Source: Azolla caroliniana
Taxonomy: Eukaryota; Plantae; Polypodiophyta
Reading direction: 5' to 3'
DNA length: 64,000 nucleotides
Assembly (NCBI GenBank): GCA_043228905.1
Contig: JBHGNT010000011.1
Coordinates: forward strand, 13,082,001 to 13,146,000
Positions 39,907 through 51,996 of this stretch are shown here, piece after piece. The number at the start of each line of letters is the position of its first letter. Position 1 is the first letter of the stretch. The notes under the pieces were generated by a model. The model was not told the origin of the DNA, searched no databases, and was given only the letters and a program-made list of their open reading frames with translations. Position numbers and translations under genes: made by a program.

Positions 39907-42900
39907 AAATACAGCTCATGTGGCGACACTCCTCCATTAGCAGAAGTCCGATTCTGCAAGTAGACAACCGTCTTCATGGCTTCAGCCCAATAGAATTTCA
40001 GCATATGCTTCTCTTCAAGCATTGCCCTGGCCACTTCTTCAATTGTTCGATTCTTCCGCTCGGCTATGTCGTTCTGCTTCGGCGTATATCTACATGAGAA
40101 TTCGCGTCGAATTCCCTCCTTCTATAGATAACTTGTGAACTGGTCGGAGAAGTACTCCTTCCCGCCATCAGATTGCATGCATTTGATCTTACACCCTATT
40201 TCCCTTTCCGCAAGGCTCTTCACCTTCAGGAAACATGCGAAGACTTTGCTCTTCTTCGCGATTGTGCATACCCACGTGTGCCGAGTGAAGTCGTCGATGA
40301 AGGTTACAAAATAACGGCTTCCACCGAGATTCACGTTCTGTGCCGGACCCCACACATCCAAATGGATCAAATCCAGCGGACTTGGACTACGATTACGCTA
40401 ACTGGGGAATGGAAGTCGGTGCTGTTTTCCCATCTGATAGGCTTCGCAGACTTGGGCATTACGGCCCTGAAATTTCGGCAATCCGAATACGATGTTCCTC
40501 GTCTGCATTTCACAAAGCCATGGGAAATTTACGTGGCCGAACCGCTTGTGCCACAGGTCGATGTCCGATTTGACCTTTTGTCCTTTCGTGTACAACACGG
40601 TTCTGGCTTGATTAGTGTCAAGGATAAACATCCACCCTTCACGGCGCCCTTGCGGGATTACTTTGCCTTCCTCTTCTATGAAGCATCCGAGATGCGTGAA
40701 TCGAACCTGCATTCCCTGGTCGACGATCTGACCGAACGACACTAGGTTCTTCATTATTTTCGGGATGTGCAACATGTTCATTAGCTTCCCTTTCTGCCCG
40801 ATGTGGCTGAGAAGACCGGTTTCGACCACTCCTCATGATTCCAGCTTCTCCAGGTACGAGAACCATTCCTTGTGACTTGTCATATGATTTGACGCCCGAT
40901 ATCAACATACAACACCTTGCTTGATTTCGAGGTGTTCACGGCCATTGGCTTGGCCTTATGCTTCATTACAAAGGCTGAGTCCGATTTGTTTCCGGCTCGT
41001 TCAAAGCCTTCTGCGTAGTGCGATCTCTGACGCCTCTTTGCGTCTCTTCGGCTCGATCCGGCTTTATCCGAATCAGCTCGCTTTTTCCAGCACTCGCTTT
41101 CCTTGTGGCCTTTCTTGCCACAATACTAGCAATCCGACACGGTCTTCTCTTGCCGTCTTTCGGTGCCGCCATGACTCCCCCTGCTTGCGGAGGGTTCAGA
41201 ATTGCTTTCGGCATCTCGATTATGCCGTACATTCTGCTCTTCTTGGCCGCCTCCATTGCGCGCCGATCCGCCTCGTCCACCACGACCATGGGGCCTATCA
41301 TCCTCCATGTAAAACATCTTGTTGTCGGCATGCGTGCTTGTCGACACACCCGTGTGGTTCTCTATAAGGAGCATCGACTGTAAGTCGAAAAACGACGACG
41401 TATTCTCCTGTGTACACATAGCAGTTCGGAACGCTCCGAACCTCGACGCTAGTCCCCCGAGACAGATTTGCACCATCTTGCCTTCCTTGACGTTCACATC
41501 GATAGAGGCTAAGGAGTCGCATATCTCTTTGATCTTCGAGGTGTAATCAGCCACTGACAAGTCGCATTGTCGCAAGTTGCTCAGTTCCTGTCGGAGTTGA
41601 AGCTTCCTGGCTGTGGTGCTTGCGGCGAAGATCTTCTTTAGATTTCCCCAAACATCCTTTGGCGTTTTCGCATCCCGAATATAGCTAAGGAGTTGTTCGC
41701 CCACACAAGATGCGAAGCAATATAGTACTCTGCTCACCGACTGTTCCCACGTCGGGAAATCTCTGTGTGTCGATTTGGGTGCTATGTCATTTGCTCCGTT
41801 GACGTAGCTCCAGTGACCGTGTCTGAGTAGGTACTAGTGCAACTTATAGGACCAAGACACGTAGTTGTTTCTGTCGAGCTTCTCGGTAGGAAGCGAGCTA
41901 GCCATGCCTCTATCCATTTTGTTTTTCCTGTTCTTCTTGGTTAGTTTTCTTTTCAAGCTATGTCGGCTGTAGAGGTTCACAACCCTCGTGCTCTCATTTG
42001 GTTTGTAAAAGAATACGTGTGGAAGCAATAGAAAACTGAACATAGAAAATACGCAGGTTTAATGGAGAGCTTAGGATATACACAGAGTACGCGGGAGAGA
42101 TAGAGAGAGAACACACAGAAACTCAATTCAAAATAATACTCAATCTGTACATACATCGTGCTCAGTGAGTACCTTTTATACAAGCCTTGATAATAGGGTT
42201 GACACAAGTACTAACAGTACTTGACCGCTCATAAATGAGCCTATGACACTAACTCCCAAAATTATTCCTTACGAGGAATATCTTCCCAACGGCCTTGTGG
42301 TTTACGCACCGATACGACCATGTTATGCGTACTCATTTACGCACCTAGTCTACGCATTGGTTTTCGCATTGTATTACGCACGAATGTTGAGCTTGTCTCT
42401 CAACATGGTTCTTCGAGGAAGGTCAAGAGTAAATCCTTGACATCGTTACGTAGGCGATAACAAAATTTCTCCATTAATGCTTGGTCATCCTAGGGGATAT
42501 CAGAGAGGAGTAGACGGAAATTTGCAGCGTTGTCGCGTTACTACGCGCGTGGGTGGAGAAACGAGGCGGGACCATTGGGGTCTTGAACCAAAGAGTAGGT
42601 GATAGAAGGGGAAAGAGAAAGAGAGAGACGCTCGATTACGTATGAGCAAAGAAACACAGGGACATGGCCCTGTCAACGCAGAAGACACGAATGGACACAG
42701 AGACAGAGAGACACGAATGTTTGTATATTAATGAATGACAAATAAACAACAGAGCACGTGAGCGGTTACAACCGAACAGGCCGGCGAACAGATATCGATG
42801 CCTGCTCGTCTGAGCACGAAAGGGGATAGGATGGAGGTGCTGCTGGAAGCACACGGGCGTTCCTCGAAGCAGCGCAAGCCTCCCGAAAACCTGCAGAGAA

Positions 42901-45900
42901 GAGCGATGGAGAACGAACAGAGGAGAAGCGTTCGGTTTCGGTCCGACAACACTTCGTCGTCCTCAATAAAATTCCTCTCCTTTCTCCCCGCGTCTCCCTC
43001 TCTTTTATAGCTTCAAGAAGGGAGCCGTTTCCCTCATTAACTTCCTACCTACCGAATCTAACTACCTAGGATATACCTTTGTACCTAATTCTCTATTATA
43101 TACATTAAAGGGCGCACACGTGTGAAGAGCCGGTTCACGCGCGCTATGCACCGATTACGCTAAGGGACGGTTTTCTTCACGACATCCGCCCCCACCTAAC
43201 TGCGCATCCACCGGTATGCGCCAAAATTGGGTTCTGGTTGGAGAAAACCGGTCCGGGTTCCGGTTCCTCGTCCACCGGTTCGTCCTCCGTTTCAGACTGT
43301 TCGTCGTCGCTGTCCAGGCCTCTTAGATCCGGTTCGCCGTCGTGGCGCTTCTTGAACGCTTTGATCCGCTTCCCTGCTACCAGTATCGCCATCCTCGTAC
43401 TGTCGAGTTCTGCCAGGTGATACGTCCCGTTGTCGTTGGCGCTTGTTACCACATAAGGCCCGAACCACCGCTTTGCAAACTTCCGTGTTGCCCAGTGCTG
43501 GTTGTCGAGGCTGCTGTCGTAGACTAGCACCCAGTCGCCTTCCTCGATTTTCTTTGGTTGGAGCCGGTGCGTTCGGTCGAACCGGGCTTTGTTCCTCATC
43601 CTCGCCGTCCGAAGTCTCTCTGCCGCTTGTTCCACGTCCTCTGGCCTCCGCTCGAGCTGCCGTATACGCGCCGCTAGCAGTTCTTCTCGGCTCATCTCGT
43701 CTCTCCAGTCCACTGTCGCCCAAGAGGAGATCGTCCGTTCCATCGGCATGATCGGCTTCTGTCCGAAAATGAGCTCTGACGGCATGAACCCAGTTACCGA
43801 ATTGTGCATTGTTCGGTCCGCCCACAAGGTAAAAGGTAACAGTCGTGGCCAGTTCCTGACCTGGCCTCCGCACGCCCGGAGTAGCGCTTTGACGATCGGT
43901 CCGTGTCCGCGCTCCACCTTTCCATTCGCCTCCGGATTGTACGCTGTGGTGAGCGAGAGCTTGACCCCTAACCGGTCGAATAGCTCCTCGGCCTCTTCGG
44001 CGTCCAACTCCCCGCAGTCAGCCACGATCTTCCCGACGCACCCGTACCGGCATATCACGTCCTCGATTAGGAACCGACACACGGCTGCGGTCGTTTTGTT
44101 CTGCAGGGCTCGGCCTTCCACCTGGTTCGTCAGGTCCTCCTGGGCCAGCACCAGATATCGCATCTGCCCTATGCCCATCGGCATCGTCACCAAATCTACC
44201 ATCCATTTGAAGTGGATGGCCGGAGGGTATGTAGGGTGAAGCTCGTCCCGATGTTGGACTATGGAGTGTATCTGACAGCTCTCACAAGTTGTCACGAACC
44301 AATGCACGTCCTGGTACAGTCCCGGCCACCAGTACTTCCCCTTTAGTTTCTCGAATGTGGCCCACGTCCCACGGTGTCCAGCCCAGGGGCTGTCGTGGTA
44401 GGCCTTCAAAACTCCTCATGTTCCTCCTCCATCGCCACTACTCGGAGCGGGATGCCGTTTCTCTTCTTCGGGTGCTTCCACAAGTATCCGTCCCGGAGAA
44501 AGAATCGGTATGCTTTCTTCCGGATCCGGTTGGCCTCGTTCTTTGTCCATGACGCGTCCGGCGTCATCGTCCTCAAGAATCCCCCAATCTGCAGCCACTC
44601 CCCGTCGTACTTGCTCTCATTGAAATCGTTAAGCGCCGGAGTGCTCCCCCCCTCGGTTGTTACGTAAGCCGCCTCGAAGAAGTCCACGCCGACTTCCTCG
44701 TCCTCCGAAACCATGCCGCCCTCATTGTCGAATTGCGCCCTCGAAAGCATGTCGGCCATGGCATTGTCTTTCCCGGAAATGTGTCGTATTTCCGGATCCA
44801 GGGACTTGATGTACGCTATCCACCTGAGCATTGCCAGGTCCGAGGTTGCGCATCCGGAAACCATGCCGAGAATCGGCAGGCAGTCCGTCTCGATAATCAC
44901 CTCTGTCCCGATCAGATAGTCTTTATCGGCCTTCACCGCCGAAACGATACCCTAGAGTTCGCGTTTAACCTGCGCGTATCCTCGCTCTCGCTCGTTGAGG
45001 ACCTTCACGCCGAACCGAATTGGGAACCGAATGCCATCCTCATCTTCTTGGTTGACGACCCATCCGATCCCGGTCGGACTTGTATCTACCGTTATGTAGA
45101 TGGGAGTGCCTTTCTCGTAGACAGCCTTCCGGAGTGCCGGAGCTGCAGCAAGAGCCTCCATCTTTCGGACCGACTCCATATGCTCGTCTTGCCACTCGAA
45201 TTTTCGCCCCTTTTTCAGCAACCCGTATAGCGGCTTGGCAACGTGGGCGTAATGTGGGATCCATATGTGGTAGAACGCGCATGCTCCCAAGAACCTCCGT
45301 ACCTCCGTGACCGAGTTACATTCGGGCTTCATTGCGGAGATGGCTTCCACCTTAGCCGGAGACGGTTTCCGGCCATACGGTCCGCATAGATGTCTGACGA
45401 CCATGATCTCTGATTGCCCGAAGGCCGATTTCTCCCCGGAGAAGGTGAGCCTCGCGTCCTCTAGCCTCTGCAGCACCCTCTTGCAGTCGTCAATGTGTGT
45501 CGCCACGAATTTCCGGCATCCGTCCCTTTCCTCCACCGGACATCCCTTCGCACATTTCTTCTGAACAAACCGGTATCGTCCGGTCCTCTTTAAGGCCCTC
45601 TCCGACCACCTCTCGCAGTATTCCCAAGGTATCGTCGAAGGAGACCGCCTCCACGGCTCCGTTGATTTCCTCGCTGGGCCCGAGAACTCCGCACGGCCGA
45701 AGTCGCTCTTCCGCCCTTGTCTTTTCTCGGCCAATGACGCCAACTATCGTACACCCTCCGTTGTCGGAGAAACAAAACTTCCTACTTATGGTACAAGGTT
45801 TCTTCGGTTTCGCCTCTATCGTACATTTGTGGGGTTTTCCCAGAGTGTCCGGACTATCGCGGCCCCACGCCTTGACAACCCTCTCTAAAAATCCTCTCGG

Positions 45901-46876
45901 TTCTCGCCACCGAGGGACTCGCGGTTTCGCTCGTGGTTCGGTCGCATCGTCAGGAACTGGACCGAATGACGCCCGTCCTGACTCTTGACCCTCGCGTAAG
46001 CCGACCCATTGTCCAGCACCTTGGTCTCTATCTGTGCTGCTGTAATGTATGGTTCTCCCAGTATGATCGGGTGCGAGGACGTCTCCTGCACAAAGAAGTG
46101 TTGGTCTATCTCGACGTCCCTGATCTTGACTCGCACGTTTGGGCAGGCCCCATGTAGTTCCTCGGTGGCGCGCATCGCCGCCCGTATCTTCCACTCGTGC
46201 TTGGTGTTGATCGGCCATTTCCCCTTCTTGTAGAGGTCCATGGACATCAGGTTTATTTCCGAACCGTGGTCCACCAGCGCCACCACCGGTTCCTGAACAT
46301 CTCCGATCTTCACCGGGGTTTCCGTGGTCGCTCGGGCCCAGTGTGTCTTGGAATAGTGGCTCTCCGCCCACTCGTCTTCCAGTGCCATGTCCTCTATGTG
46401 CGTCGTCCGCACCTCCACCGGCCTTTCCGGTTTTGTCTCCGTCGACAACCTCTTCCTCTTCACCAAGTCTACGATGGAGTCGTGGAACTCCTTCTTGGCG
46501 ATTCCGAGCACCTCCCGCAACGACAGTTCCACCTTGCTGTCGAGGATTCATTCTTCCAGGACCTTTCGTAGGTCCGTGGTCCTTTTGATCTTCGTGCCCA
46601 ACTGGTATCCGCCCTTCTTGTGGTTATCCTGGGCACTAGTCTCACCGGCCTCGTTCTGTTTCGGCCCGAATTGGGTTTCGTATCTCTGTGAGGGTCCGGC
46701 CCCTCCGGTTTTACCTACCCGTTTGTCTTCAACCAGAGCCTCGTAGTTCTGGCAAGCTACTTCGACGAAACCTGTCTTTTCTTCGATTGGGTCACTCCAC
46801 CCGGTTACCTCTTGTGTTGGGATTTCGGTCCCTCCGGATGGGATGTCCGGGGATGAATGACAGCAAGCCCGGTTGC

Positions 46877-47075
46877 GGTTACGGAGCCGGATGATGAAGA
46901 CCCCGGAAGACCCCGGTTACGGAGCCGGATGATGAAGACCCCGGTTACGGAGCCGGATGATGAAGACCCCGGTAACGGAGCCGGATGATGAAGACCCCGG
47001 TTACGGAGCCGGATGATGAAGACCCCGGTTACGGAGCCGGATGATGAAGACCCCGGTTACGGAGCCGGATGACGA
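46877..47075 (+). repeat. 28-bp tandem array in U3 of the 5' LTR of I
   Basis: Unit GGTTACGGAGCCGGATGATGAAGACCCC; 6 full units plus fragments. Confidence 0.95.
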
Positions 47076-47606
47076 ATGTACCCGGAGAGAGATCCGGATG
47101 CGGAGACATATTTGGGAATATGTTTGCCAAGAGCCCTTGAGGCTATATTTGTAAATAGCCCGAAAGTCATATGTGTATAAATATGACTTAGGGCAAACAG
47201 TTAAGTTGTTGCTACTTATTTTTTTCTGTTTTTCCACTCAAGAGGAGTGAAGAGTGAGCAGCCGTGAGAGAGAGAGAGAGAGAGATAGAGCGCGAGAGAG
47301 GAAGAGGTAGACGCCTCTGTGTATTTCCGCCGCCTGTGGCGAGGACAGCGAGCTCAAGGTCGTCGCCTTGCAGCTCGCCATTGTATACTTCTCTGTATAG
47401 TGTTGACTTGGAGTCTTGTACTCCCGTGGTTTTTCCCGTCTAGGGTTTTCCACGTTAATCCCTGTGTGCTCGCGTTTTTTGTTTCTCTTTGTGGTTCCTA
47501 TTTTCTGCTCCACTGATTCGCGCTTACTCGGTTGTGGCCGAGTGGTGAAGGTGAATAGAAGCGTCTATTCCTTACAAACTGGTATCAGAGCGAACTGCTG
47601 CAGAAA

Positions 47607-50600
47607 ATGGAAGGCGGCGGCAGCGGGCAGCCGGGGATGATGGTGCTGACTGCGCAGAACTACGCCGACTGGAAGATCAAGATGGAAGATCTTCTGATTG
47701 TTCGGGACCTGTATGAACCGATCGACAGGTCGGAAATACCCAAGGGGGTACTTGAGACGGAGTGGAGGCTTCTGAACCGGAAAGCCGTTGCAAACATTCG
47801 GCAATACGTCGACGTGAGTGTTCTACAACACGTGGCGAACGACACCAACGCATATGAGATGTGGAGGAAGCTATCAGGCCTCTACGAGAGGAAGAATGCG
47901 TTGAACCGGACCTCCCTGATGAGAAAGATAGTGAACCTCAAGTACCGGGACGGCGAGAGTATGGTGGAACACGTAAGCACGTTCATGGGATTCGTGAACC
48001 AGCTTGCGGCGATCAAGTTCCCGTTGGAGGATGCAATGCAAGCCATCATCCTGATGTGTACATTGTCGGACAGCTGGGAGAACTTGGTGGTGACTCTCAG
48101 CACCTCCTGCGCCGAAGATAACTTGTCCCTACAAACGGTAAAGACAAGTATTTTGAACGAAGAAGCGCGTCGGAGAGATAAAGAACCGGTCTCCGACTCG
48201 AAGGCGCTGCTTACCGAATCGGAACGGGGAAGACAATGGAACCGGAGTCCGCAAAGACGGGAGAAGTCGGGGACCCGGTCGCAGTCAAGAGGAAGACCCA
48301 CATGCTTCCACTGTGGGAAGCCGGGGCACTTCCGGAAGAATTGTCGGCATTACCGAAAAGACAACGGAGCCGACGACACCGATTCGAAGAAGTCACCGGA
48401 GAGAAACGGTGCATACCGGGGAGCCACAGACCGGAGAGGTCCGGATCGGCGAGGGCAGGACCGGAAAGGAACGACGGCACTCGCGGCAAGTGAAGAGGAG
48501 ATCATGCTCATCACCGAAGAAGGTGATCTAAACATTGCCGGCGATGAGACTACCTGGGTGGTCGATTCCGGAGCGTCGTTCCACCTGACCCCGGAAAGCA
48601 GATACTTCTCATCCTACATAGCCGGTGAACATGGCTGTGTTCGGATGGGAAATGAAGGTACATGCCGGATTGCCGGCATAGGAGACGTATGGTTGACAAC
48701 CCCGACCGGATGCAAAATGCTGCTGAAGGATGTCCGACACGTTCCGGAGGTTCGATTGAACCTGATTTCGGCCGGGAGGCTAGACGATGAAGGCTACACA
48801 GGTAGCATCCGGAACGGCGTAATGAAGTTCAGCAAGGGAAGCCTGATAGTGGCTCGGGCCCGGAAAGTCAACACACTGTACCTTATGAATGCCTGGTTGT
48901 GTCCGGAAGAGCTGAATGTGGCAGCCGACACTGCCGGTGAGCTGTGGCACAAAAGACTGTGCCACATGAGTGAGAAGGGGATGAAGAGGCTTGCAGAAGA
49001 CAACCTTATTCCAGTAAAGCATGTGCACCTGGAGAAGTGCACCGATTGCCTGGCCGGTAAGCAGAACCGAACCTCCTTCCACTCAAGGCCACCGACGAGA
49101 CGTAGCGCACCATTGGAGTTGGTGCACACGGATGTGTGTCAGGTAGAAACGAAGTCACATGGCGGAGCCCAGTACTTCGTGACTTTCATTGATGATCACA
49201 GCCGGAAGCTGTGGACGGCGCCGTTGAAGACAAAGGACCAAGTGTTGTCCGTCTTCAAAGAACTCCACGCGAGAGTGGAAAGGGAATCCGGCAAGAAGCT
49301 GAAAGCGATACGAGCGGATAACGGAGGGGAATACCGGGGGCAGTTCCAGGAGTACTGTCGCTCGAAGGGAATCCGGCTCGAGTTTACTGTGCCGAAGACG
49401 CCGGAACTAAACGGGTTGGCCGAGAGGATGAACAGGACCATAATGGAGAGGGTCCGGAGTATGCTGCGCATGCGAAATTACCCAAGGGGTTTTGGGCTGA
49501 GGCAATGTCGACGGCGACATACGTGATAAACAGATCACCCTCAGTACCTTTGGACGGAGACACACCGCAGAAAGTGTGGACCGGTAAGGAAGTGTCCTAC
49601 CAGCATCTGAAGGTGTTCGGGTGTCTTGCATACGTGCATGTGGCAAAGGACCGGAGAGGAAAGCTAGATCCAAAGACCCGGCCATGCATATTCCTCGGTT
49701 ACGGCGACGACGAGTTCGGCTACCGAGTATGGGATCCGGTCGACAAGAAGATATTCAGGAGTCGAGATATCATCTTCATGGAGGACAAGACACTCGCCGA
49801 CTGGGAGTCAGAGAAGAAGGTGAAGAGCTCCAAGTCGACCGGTGAGGATCAACTCTACGAGGAGCAGTCCCGACCGGCAAGGGACCGGTTAGCACTCGAG
49901 GATCCGGCCGAAGACGGTGAAGAAACAGAACCGGCCGAAGAAGATGAAAATAATACCGGAACCGGCCCCGATCCCGAAATGGATTCGGATGAAGAAGAAT
50001 CGGAAGAACCGGTTACCGAAGCTCCGGAAAGGAGATATCCTCTAAGAGAGAGAAGGGCCCCCCGGAGATTTCCGGAACCAGAGCACGTGCTGCTAACCGA
50101 CGAAGGGGAGCCGGAGAGCTTTGAAGAAGCAAAGCATGACACCCAGAGCCGTAGGTGGTTGAGTGCCATGCAGGACGAGATAGATTCCCTGCATGAGAAC
50201 CACACATATGAACTTGTGGAGTTGCCGAAAGGAAAGCGGGCACTTCGAAACAAGTGGGTGTTCAAGCTGAAACCGGGAGATGCCGGAAACCCCCCGAGAT
50301 ACAAAGCCAGGATCGTGGTGAAGGGGTTTCAGCAGAAGAAGGGCGTCGACTTCGACGAGATATTCGCCCCGGTAGTGAAGATGACCTCCATCCGGACGGT
50401 GCTGAGCATAGCGGCAAGCATGGACCTCGAGGTAGAACAGATGGACGTGAAGACGGCATTCCTTCACGGTGACCTCGAAGAAGAGATCTACATGCAGCAA
50501 CCGGAAGGATTCGAGAAGAAAGGGAAGGAGCACCTGGTATGCCGGTTGAAGAAGAGCCTTTACGGACTGAAGCAGGCTCCCCGGCAATGGTACCGGAAGT

Positions 50601-51679
50601 TCGACTCCTTCATGACCGACGAAGGGTACCACAAAACGCAGTCTGATCACTGCGTGTTTGTGAAGAAGTTCGAAGGAGGAGACTCTCTAATACTCCTCCT
50701 GTACGTGGACGACATGTTGATCGTCGGACGGGACCAGGTCAAGATACGGACGCTGAAGAAAGCGCTTCACCGAACCTTCTCAATGAAGGACCTGGGTCCG
50801 GCGAGGCAAATACTAGGGATGCACATCATCCGGGACCGGAAGAAGAAGCAGTTGTGGCTGTCACAGGAGAAGTACGTGACGAAGGTGCTTCACCGGTTCA
50901 ACATGTCGGAAGCAAGACCGGTCGGGTCAACCCTCCCGGGAAACTGCAAGTTGTCCAGCAAGCAAAGCCCCAAGACAAAGGCTGAGAAGGAGGACAGGAT
51001 GAAAGTACCATATGCCTCTGCCGTCGGAAGCTTAATGTACGCAATGGTGTGTACAAGACCGGACATAGGATATGCAGTTGGAGTGGTGAGCCGGTACATG
51101 AGCAATCCCGGCAAAGAGCACTGGAACGCGGTCAAGTGGATACTCCGATACCTGAAGGGCACGGCAAACGTGTGCCTCCGATTCGGCTCCGGTAAGCCCG
51201 AATTCGACGGCTTTACCGATTCGGATATGTCGGCTGATGCAGATACCAACCGGTCCACATCAGGGTATGTGATGACGTATGCAGGTGGAGCTGTTTCGTG
51301 GCAGTCGAGGCTGCAGAAGACGGTTGCGTTGTCAACCACGGAGGCGGAGTACATGGCGGCTGTTGAAGCCGGCAAGGAAATAATATGGATGAAGGACTTC
51401 ATTAGAGAGCTCGGTATCCAGCAGGAGGAGTACCGACTCTACTGCGACAGTCAGAGTGCCATCCACCTTGCGAAGAACGTGGCTTATCACTCCCGGACGA
51501 AGCACATCCAGCGAAGATATCACTGGATCCGGGAAAGGATAGAAGACAAGGAGTTTGTGCTGACGAAGGTCCACACGGACGAGAACGGGTCGGATATGCT
51601 AACCAAGGTGCTCACACCCGACAAGCTGGAAGCATGCCGGAAGAGGATCGGACTGGAGAGACATCCCATGCCGAAGTGA
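47607..51679 (+). pseudogene. Copia gag-pol of I with a single 1-bp frameshift near 49466
   Basis: ORFs 47607-49526 and 49505-51679; ATGCTG-CGCATGC here versus ATGCTGGCGCATGC in J; all catalytic motifs visible. Confidence 0.92.
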
Positions 51680-51751
51680 AGGGGGAGTTTGTTGGGATTT
51701 CGGTCCCTCCGGATGGGATGTCCGGGGATGAATGACAGCAAGCCCGGTTGC

Positions 51752-51996
51752 GGTTATGGAGCCGGATGATGAAGACCCCGGTTACGGAGCCGGATGATGA
51801 AGACCCCGGTTACGGAGCCGGATGATGAAGACCCCGGTTACGGAGCCGGATGATGAAGACCCCGGTTACGGAGCCGGATGATGAAGACCCCGGTAACGGA
51901 GCCGGATGATGAAGACCCCGGTTACGGAGCCGGATGATGAAGACCCCGGTTACGGAGCCGGATGATGAAGACCCCGGTTACGGAGCCGGATGACGA
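51752..51996 (+). repeat. 28-bp tandem array in U3 of the 3' LTR of I
   Basis: 8 full units plus a partial unit. Confidence 0.95.

Larger units (their letters stand above)
29384..42405 (-). mobile_element. Element L: decayed composite Copia (A family) with nested insertions
   Basis: 402-bp LTRs at 29384-29785 and 42004-42405; TSD TGGTT; gag/PR/INT/RT fragments at 37423-41920; RNase H deleted near 38000. Confidence 0.85.

Noticed and set aside
46877-47075. 28-bp repeats resembling a CRISPR array
   Set aside because: Head-to-tail units without unique spacers, inside a eukaryotic LTR; no cas genes.
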